NCBI GenBank assembly: GCA_033761985.1
Contig: JANRMB010000161.1
Coordinates: 1-21,300, forward strand
Length of the DNA stretch: 21,300 nucleotides
Source: Candidatus Sumerlaeia bacterium
Lineage (GTDB): Bacteria; Sumerlaeota; Sumerlaeia; SLMS01; JAHLLQ01
Direction of reading: 5' to 3'
Position numbers and translations under genes: made by a program. Each line of letters opens with the position of its first letter. Position 1 is the stretch's first letter. The notes under the pieces were generated by a model. The model searched no databases, was not told the DNA's origin, and was given only the letters and a program-made list of their open reading frames with translations. Shown here in pieces: positions 16,773 to 21,300 of this stretch.

Positions 16773-18866
16773 ATGAGTCTTTCCAATTTCTTTTCACTAT
16801 TCAAACGTGTCCGCACGGGTCAGGCGATTGTCCGCACCGGCATGGGAGGCCTGCATGTCTCTTTTGATGGCATTATGGTTATTCCGTTTTTCCATCTTTA
16901 TGAGACCATGGACATCTCATTGAAGCGCGTGGAAATTGAACGCGTGGGGAAAAACGGCTTGATTTGTAAGGATAACATGCGTGCCGACATCAAGGTTGCA
17001 TTCTTTGTTCAGGTGAATCGAACCAAGGAGGATGTGCTGCGCGTGGCGGGATCCGTGGGGTGTGCCCGTGCCTCAGACCCCGAAAAACTGACCGAACTCT
17101 TCGATGCCAAGTTCTCCGAGGCTCTCAAAACCGTGGGGAAACACTTCGAGTTCGTGGAACTCTACAACAGCCGCGAACGCTTCAAGGAAGAGATCCTCAA
17201 GATTATTGGTCGCGATCTGAACGGTTACTTTCTCGACGACGCCGCCATCGATTATCTTGAGCAGACCGACAAAGATATCCTCTCCATGGATAACATCCTG
17301 GATGCCGAGGGGATCAAGAAAATCACTCAGCTCACGGCAATAGAAGCCATGCAGGCCAACAACATTGAGCAGGAAAAAAACAAAACCATCACAAAGCAAA
17401 ACGTGGAAGCGGAAGAAGCCATTCTACAATTGAACCGCCAACTGGAGGAAAAGAAGGCGATTCAACAGCGGGAGATCTTCTCCATCCGCGCCCGCGAGGA
17501 AGCCGAGACCAAGAAAATTCAGGCGGAGGAACGCAAGAAGTTCGAAACCGCCCGCATCTCTGCCGATGAGGAAATCGAAATAGCCCAACAGAACAAGGAA
17601 CGCCAAGTTCTTGTGGCGATGCGCAGCAAAGAGGGCACCGATGCCGTGGAGCAGGAACGCGTCATTCGTGCGCGTGATCTGGAAATCAATGAACGCGAAC
17701 GTATTGTAACCATCGCCCAAATTGAAAAAGACAAAGCGGTGGAAGCCGAGAAGAAAGAAATTCAGGAGATCATCCGCGAACGCGTAGTAGTGGAAAAAGC
17801 CGTGGTGGTGGAAGAGGAAGCGATTAAAACAACACGCTCCAAAGCCCAGGCGGATCGCGAAAAACTCGTCGCCTTAACCAAGGCAAGCGAAGAGGCGGAA
17901 GAATCCCTGATACTGGAAGTCAAAAAAGCCGAAGCTCTCAACGAAGCGGCAAACCTCAACGCCAAACGCGTGGTGGTGGAAGCCGAAGCAGAGCAACTCG
18001 CCAGTGCGAAAAAAGCAGAGGCAATCAAAACACTCGCCGATGCGAAAGCCGCGGAAGCCGCTGTGGCTGGTTTGGCCGAAGCCAACGTGATGCAGGCCAA
18101 AGCAACAGCACACTTGAAAGAAGGCGAAGCCCAGGCCGTAGTTTTGGAACGCATGGCCACAGCAGAAGCAAAAGGCATTCAAGTAAAAGCAGAAGCCAAG
18201 CGCCTGGATGGAGCCGCCGAAGCCGAAGTACTCCGCGTGAAGCAGGAAGAAGAAGCCAAAGGATTGATGGCCAAAGCGGAGGCGATGGAAAAAGAGGGGA
18301 CAGTGGAAGCCGCCGTACTTGCCAAGAAGTACCTTGCCGAAGCCGAGGGCATCAGCCAGAAAGCCGACGCCATGAAGAAACTCGACGGCGTGGGGCAAGT
18401 GCACGAGGAATTCAAACTTCGTCTTGCGAAAGAGAAGGAAGTGGAACTCGCCCAAATCGCGATTCAAGTGGATATGGCCAAATCCCAAGCCGAAGTTCTC
18501 GGCGAGGCGTTGCGTTCTGCAAAAATCGAAATCGTGGGCGGAGAAACACAGTTCTTCGATCGAATCGCTGGAGCCATCACCCGTGGGAAAGCCGTGGATC
18601 GTTTGGTGGAAAACAGCACCGTTATCGATCAGGTTCGCCAGGGATTGATCGGTAATGAAGGGGAAAATCTCGCCAAGCTCCGCGAGGTGATTTCCACCAT
18701 GGGATTGAAGGCAGCCGATGTTCGTGATTTGAGTGTTGCAGCAGTATTGGCTCAAATGATTGCGAAGGCGGATAACTCCGAATTGAAAAATACCCTCGTG
18801 GATCTTCTCACCGTTGCTGGAGAAAAAGGCGTCGCCTCAAAACCTGCAGCTTCGTTCATCAGCTAA
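16773..18866 (+). CDS. Flotillin-family SPFH (band-7) domain protein with a long EA-rich coiled-coil region, about 697 aa
   Basis: SPFH core 'QAIVRTGMGGLHVSFDGIMVIPFFH...ISLKRVEIERVGKNGLICKDNMRADIKVAFFVQV', then about 300 aa of E/A/K repeats (flotillin 'EA repeats', for example AEAEAEQLASAKKAEAIKTLADAKAAEAA). The C-terminal 'KIEIVGGETQFF...GAITRGKAVDRL' matches the flotillin C-terminus (KITLVSSGSG...GEVLDILTRL). Start is set at 'MSLSNFF' (ATG 16773, AGGGGAA 11 nt upstream). No N-terminal TM helix is evident. Confidence 0.85.
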   Translation: MSLSNFFSLFKRVRTGQAIVRTGMGGLHVSFDGIMVIPFFHLYETMDISLKRVEIERVGKNGLICKDNMRADIKVAFFVQVNRTKEDVLRVAGSVGCARASDPEKLTELFDAKFSEALKTVGKHFEFVELYNSRERFKEEILKIIGRDLNGYFLDDAAIDYLEQTDKDILSMDNILDAEGIKKITQLTAIEAMQANNIEQEKNKTITKQNVEAEEAILQLNRQLEEKKAIQQREIFSIRAREEAETKKIQAEERKKFETARISADEEIEIAQQNKERQVLVAMRSKEGTDAVEQERVIRARDLEINERERIVTIAQIEKDKAVEAEKKEIQEIIRERVVVEKAVVVEEEAIKTTRSKAQADREKLVALTKASEEAEESLILEVKKAEALNEAANLNAKRVVVEAEAEQLASAKKAEAIKTLADAKAAEAAVAGLAEANVMQAKATAHLKEGEAQAVVLERMATAEAKGIQVKAEAKRLDGAAEAEVLRVKQEEEAKGLMAKAEAMEKEGTVEAAVLAKKYLAEAEGISQKADAMKKLDGVGQVHEEFKLRLAKEKEVELAQIAIQVDMAKSQAEVLGEALRSAKIEIVGGETQFFDRIAGAITRGKAVDRLVENSTVIDQVRQGLIGNEGENLAKLREVISTMGLKAADVRDLSVAAVLAQMIAKADNSELKNTLVDLLTVAGEKGVASKPAASFIS

Positions 18867-18874
18867 TTCACTCT

Positions 18875-18907
18875 ATGTCCCCCTTTGGCAATTTCCAAAA
18901 GGGGACA
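18875..18907 (+). other. Strong stem-loop (11-bp stem TGTCCCCCTTT / AAAGGGGGACA, 11-nt loop) in the 80-bp gap between flotillin and the downstream gene
   Basis: Seen directly. It is not followed by a U-tract (next bases CAGATATCGACTT), so it is more likely an intercistronic processing, stability or attenuation element than a terminator. Confidence 0.4.
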
Positions 18908-18946
18908 CAGATATCGACTTAGGCCCAAGGAGGTAATGTGGCAACC

Positions 18947-21300
18947 ATGAGCGTGGAGACAAAAGAGTCGGTTGTGCTGGAAGGCGGAACATACGAAATC
19001 CTCCGCAAGCGCCTGCAGGATCACGCCAAGGATCTTCAGTCGCGGGTGAACGCCCTCAATAGCGAGCGTAAAGCGGTGTTCGGTTCCATCGAGCCCAAAT
19101 TGCTCGCCACGGAACGCATCACCACGGAAAATAACTGCACCCCAAGGGACATCGCTGCCTTGGGGGACACGTTCCTCTTCGCCTACAACGTGCAATTCGG
19201 ACTCAAGTCCACCACAGAGCTTGCAGATGTTTTTTCCGTCTATGAATTGAAGGAAAGTACGTTTGAAGCCCGCCCCCTCTCGCTGCTACAAGATGCCCAG
19301 TTCCTTGCGGATTTCAACAACCTCTACAAGTACTACAAGCACACATTCTTCGATCGCTTCTTTGTGGTGGGGCCCAATCTGTATATGGTTTTCCGCATCG
19401 GAAAATCCCCCACAGACCTCAAGGCGTTCAAGTGGCTCATTACTCCAGAGAAAACACTGAAGTACATCGACAACCGATCTGACCACGAATACGTCTTCCC
19501 CACCCAGCATGAGTTTCAGTGGAAGCGCACCTCCAGAGATCATTATCGGGATGGTCGGCACCCACACATTTCGATTGAAGATCGCGTATTCGTTGAGTGC
19601 GTCGGTGGTGATCTCACCATCAAAATTGAGGATAACACTGAAGTTGGAAAAGGGATTTTCAGCGAACCCGTCAATGACCCGGAGCAAAAACTAGACGACG
19701 CGGAAATTCACTACGCAGTCGTGGGGCATCTAATCCTCTTTAAGATTAAACCCTACCGCGAACTCGCCTACCGTTATTACATCTATAACGAGAAAATCCA
19801 CGAAGCAGGTCGATTTGATGAAATCGCCGATTCCTGCGTGATGCTTCCTGATGACCAGGGATTGATTTTCCCCAACGGCTTTTATTTGGTCTCCGGCGAT
19901 TACAAACGATTCGATTTCAAGCTGGAGAAGATGCTCTTTGAGCGGCGCATCACTTCACCCAACGGCGAAGATACACTGTATGTTTTCTACAATCGTGAGT
20001 CCGGGCTTTTCCTGCTCCTGAGCTATAACCTTATCGATCAATCGGTGAAAACTCCGATTCAGTGCCAAGGGTATGCCTTTTTTCACCAAGGAGAGATGCT
20101 TTACTTCCGAGCGGAAAGCTCCCCACAAAAGCACCATGCTGTGCAAGTGTGGCAAACCCCGTATGTGTGCCCCGACTATGTGCCGCCCGTGGAGCAAAAA
20201 AGTTTTCTTTTCAAAATAGGCAACAAAGACATCGTTCGTGCCATGGCGGAAAGCCAGAACATCATCAACCTAACCCAGCGCGAGGACTCCTACCAAAGCC
20301 TTTACGATGATATCTACGCGCTGAGTGTTTCCGTTCTGGATTCCTACTTCTGGATCAACAATCCCGAGGCGCACAACCTGGGCGAGGCGCTGGCCAACGT
20401 TCGGGATTCCGCCTCCGCCGCGATTGATGAATTCGACAAAGTTCGCCTCATTCGGAAGACCACCGCAGACCGAATCGGAGAAGTTCAAACAAGGGCCGAG
20501 AAGCTCCTCAAATCCATCAAACCTGAACTCATGGAACGAGTGGATGCCTTTGTGGGAAGCCTCTCCCAGTTGCGCACACTGCGGGGTGAAATCATCGCAT
20601 TGCGCGAACTTCGCTATGCGGATCTCAACACAATCCAATCCTTGGAAACCCGTGTGGTGGAGCAGTCTCAGAAACTCTCCGAAGCCACCGTGGAGTTCCT
20701 TCTCAAACCCGATGCCCTGAGCGTGTACCACGAAAAAGTGGAAGCCGTGAATGCCAAAACCACGGGAATGCAACGCGCTGTGGAAGCCAAGGATATCGAG
20801 GAGGAAATCACCACCATCTCCAAAGAAGTGGAAACCATGATTGAAGTCGTCGGGAATTTGAAAATTGCCGATGCCACCAAATCCACGCAAATCATCGATG
20901 GTTGCTCCGCCATTTTCACGCGACTCAATACGGTACGGGCAGAGCTTCGCAACCGGAAGAAAAAACTCCAAAGTGTGGAAGCTGTGGCGGAATTCAACGC
21001 CCAACTCAAACTGCTGGATCAAAGCGTGGTGAGCTATCTGGATATCGCAGACTCACCGGCGAAATGCGATGAGTATCTCAACAAACTCCTGGTGCAGTTG
21101 GAGGAATTGGAAGGCCGGTTTGCGGATTTTGAAGAGTACGTGATTCAACTTTCCGAAAAGCGCGCCGAGCTGACCAGTGCGATGGAATCCCGCAAGCTTG
21201 CCTTGCTCGAGGAAAAAAACAAACAAGCCACGGGGTTTCAAGCCGCAGCAGACCGCATTCTGAAAGCAATCGCCGGCCGTGTGGATGCCTTCAAATCCAT
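18947..21300 (+). CDS. Large conserved-hypothetical protein, 5' part (at least 784 codons; continues past the window end). N-terminal globular, beta-rich half of about 470 aa and C-terminal coiled-coil half of at least 300 aa. Not in the ORF track because it has no in-window stop.
   Basis: Reading frame 2 is free of stop codons from 18938 to 21300; every line was checked codon by codon. A consensus SD AAGGAGG (18927-18933) precedes GTG at 18938 and ATG at 18947 (MSVETKESVVLEGGTYEILRKRLQ…). Composition is protein-like. The C-terminal part is heptad-rich (…LRTLRGEIIALRELRYADLNTIQSLETRVVEQSQKLSEATVEF…LVQLEELEGRFADFEEYVIQLSEKRAELTSAMESRKLALLEEKNKQ…). No Walker A/B, GTPase or other catalytic motif is recognisable. 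The antisense ORFs 20270..21022 and 20668..21009 are rejected. Confidence 0.75.
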   Translation, partial: MSVETKESVVLEGGTYEILRKRLQDHAKDLQSRVNALNSERKAVFGSIEPKLLATERITTENNCTPRDIAALGDTFLFAYNVQFGLKSTTELADVFSVYELKESTFEARPLSLLQDAQFLADFNNLYKYYKHTFFDRFFVVGPNLYMVFRIGKSPTDLKAFKWLITPEKTLKYIDNRSDHEYVFPTQHEFQWKRTSRDHYRDGRHPHISIEDRVFVECVGGDLTIKIEDNTEVGKGIFSEPVNDPEQKLDDAEIHYAVVGHLILFKIKPYRELAYRYYIYNEKIHEAGRFDEIADSCVMLPDDQGLIFPNGFYLVSGDYKRFDFKLEKMLFERRITSPNGEDTLYVFYNRESGLFLLLSYNLIDQSVKTPIQCQGYAFFHQGEMLYFRAESSPQKHHAVQVWQTPYVCPDYVPPVEQKSFLFKIGNKDIVRAMAESQNIINLTQREDSYQSLYDDIYALSVSVLDSYFWINNPEAHNLGEALANVRDSASAAIDEFDKVRLIRKTTADRIGEVQTRAEKLLKSIKPELMERVDAFVGSLSQLRTLRGEIIALRELRYADLNTIQSLETRVVEQSQKLSEATVEFLLKPDALSVYHEKVEAVNAKTTGMQRAVEAKDIEEEITTISKEVETMIEVVGNLKIADATKSTQIIDGCSAIFTRLNTVRAELRNRKKKLQSVEAVAEFNAQLKLLDQSVVSYLDIADSPAKCDEYLNKLLVQLEELEGRFADFEEYVIQLSEKRAELTSAMESRKLALLEEKNKQATGFQAAADRILKAIAGRVDAFKS

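Noticed and set aside
17762-18755. Long - strand ORFs (293 aa, 138 aa, 78 aa) opposite the flotillin gene
   Set aside because: The EA-rich repeat region (GAA/GCC/GCG/AAG codons) is stop-poor on the complementary strand. The products are F/G/C/L-rich nonsense, while the + frame has clear SPFH and flotillin homology.
20270-21022. 250-aa and 113-aa - strand ORFs
   Set aside because: They are antisense to the 2.35-kb stop-free + frame that has a consensus SD. An open frame of 784 codons cannot arise by chance at this GC content.
1-21300. CRISPR arrays, rRNA/tRNA genes, transposase or integrase genes
   Set aside because: No regularly spaced repeat-spacer structure, no tRNA-like cloverleaf candidates in the intergenic regions, and no recombinase-like ORFs were found. 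The TA insertion has direct repeats but no associated mobility gene in the window.

Overview
This 21.3 kb bacterial chromosomal window is about 50-55% GC by eye and is densely coding. It contains no rRNA, tRNA or CRISPR array. Reading left to right:

- A HigB/HigA-type (RelE/ParE-family toxin plus HTH antidote) toxin-antitoxin cassette on the minus strand. It is bracketed by an imperfect direct repeat that duplicates the 3' end, stop codon included, of the adjacent PAP2 phosphatase gene.
- A thrS-PAP2 gene pair on the minus strand.
- A roughly 980-aa secreted parallel beta-helix protein.
- A sensor histidine kinase convergent with a response regulator fused to a PP2C phosphatase, which is translationally coupled to an Hpt protein.
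- An inorganic pyrophosphatase with an unusual C-terminal coiled-coil tail.
- An MFS transporter fused to an ABM-like domain and translationally coupled to a XapX/DUF1427-like mini-protein.
- A minus-strand cluster of amidohydrolase, SDR and isochorismatase-like (YcaC) hydrolase genes.
- A soluble, eukaryote-like flotillin (SPFH plus a long EA-rich coiled coil).
- A large gene (at least 784 codons, running off the right edge) immediately downstream of flotillin behind a consensus AAGGAGG RBS. The ORF track omits it because it has no in-window stop. It has no recognisable catalytic motif, an N-terminal beta-rich globular half and a long C-terminal coiled coil.

This flotillin plus unknown giant protein pair is the best candidate for an undescribed system in the window. 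Many long antisense ORFs in the track, for example those inside thrS, the beta-helix gene and the flotillin EA-repeat region, are judged artefacts.
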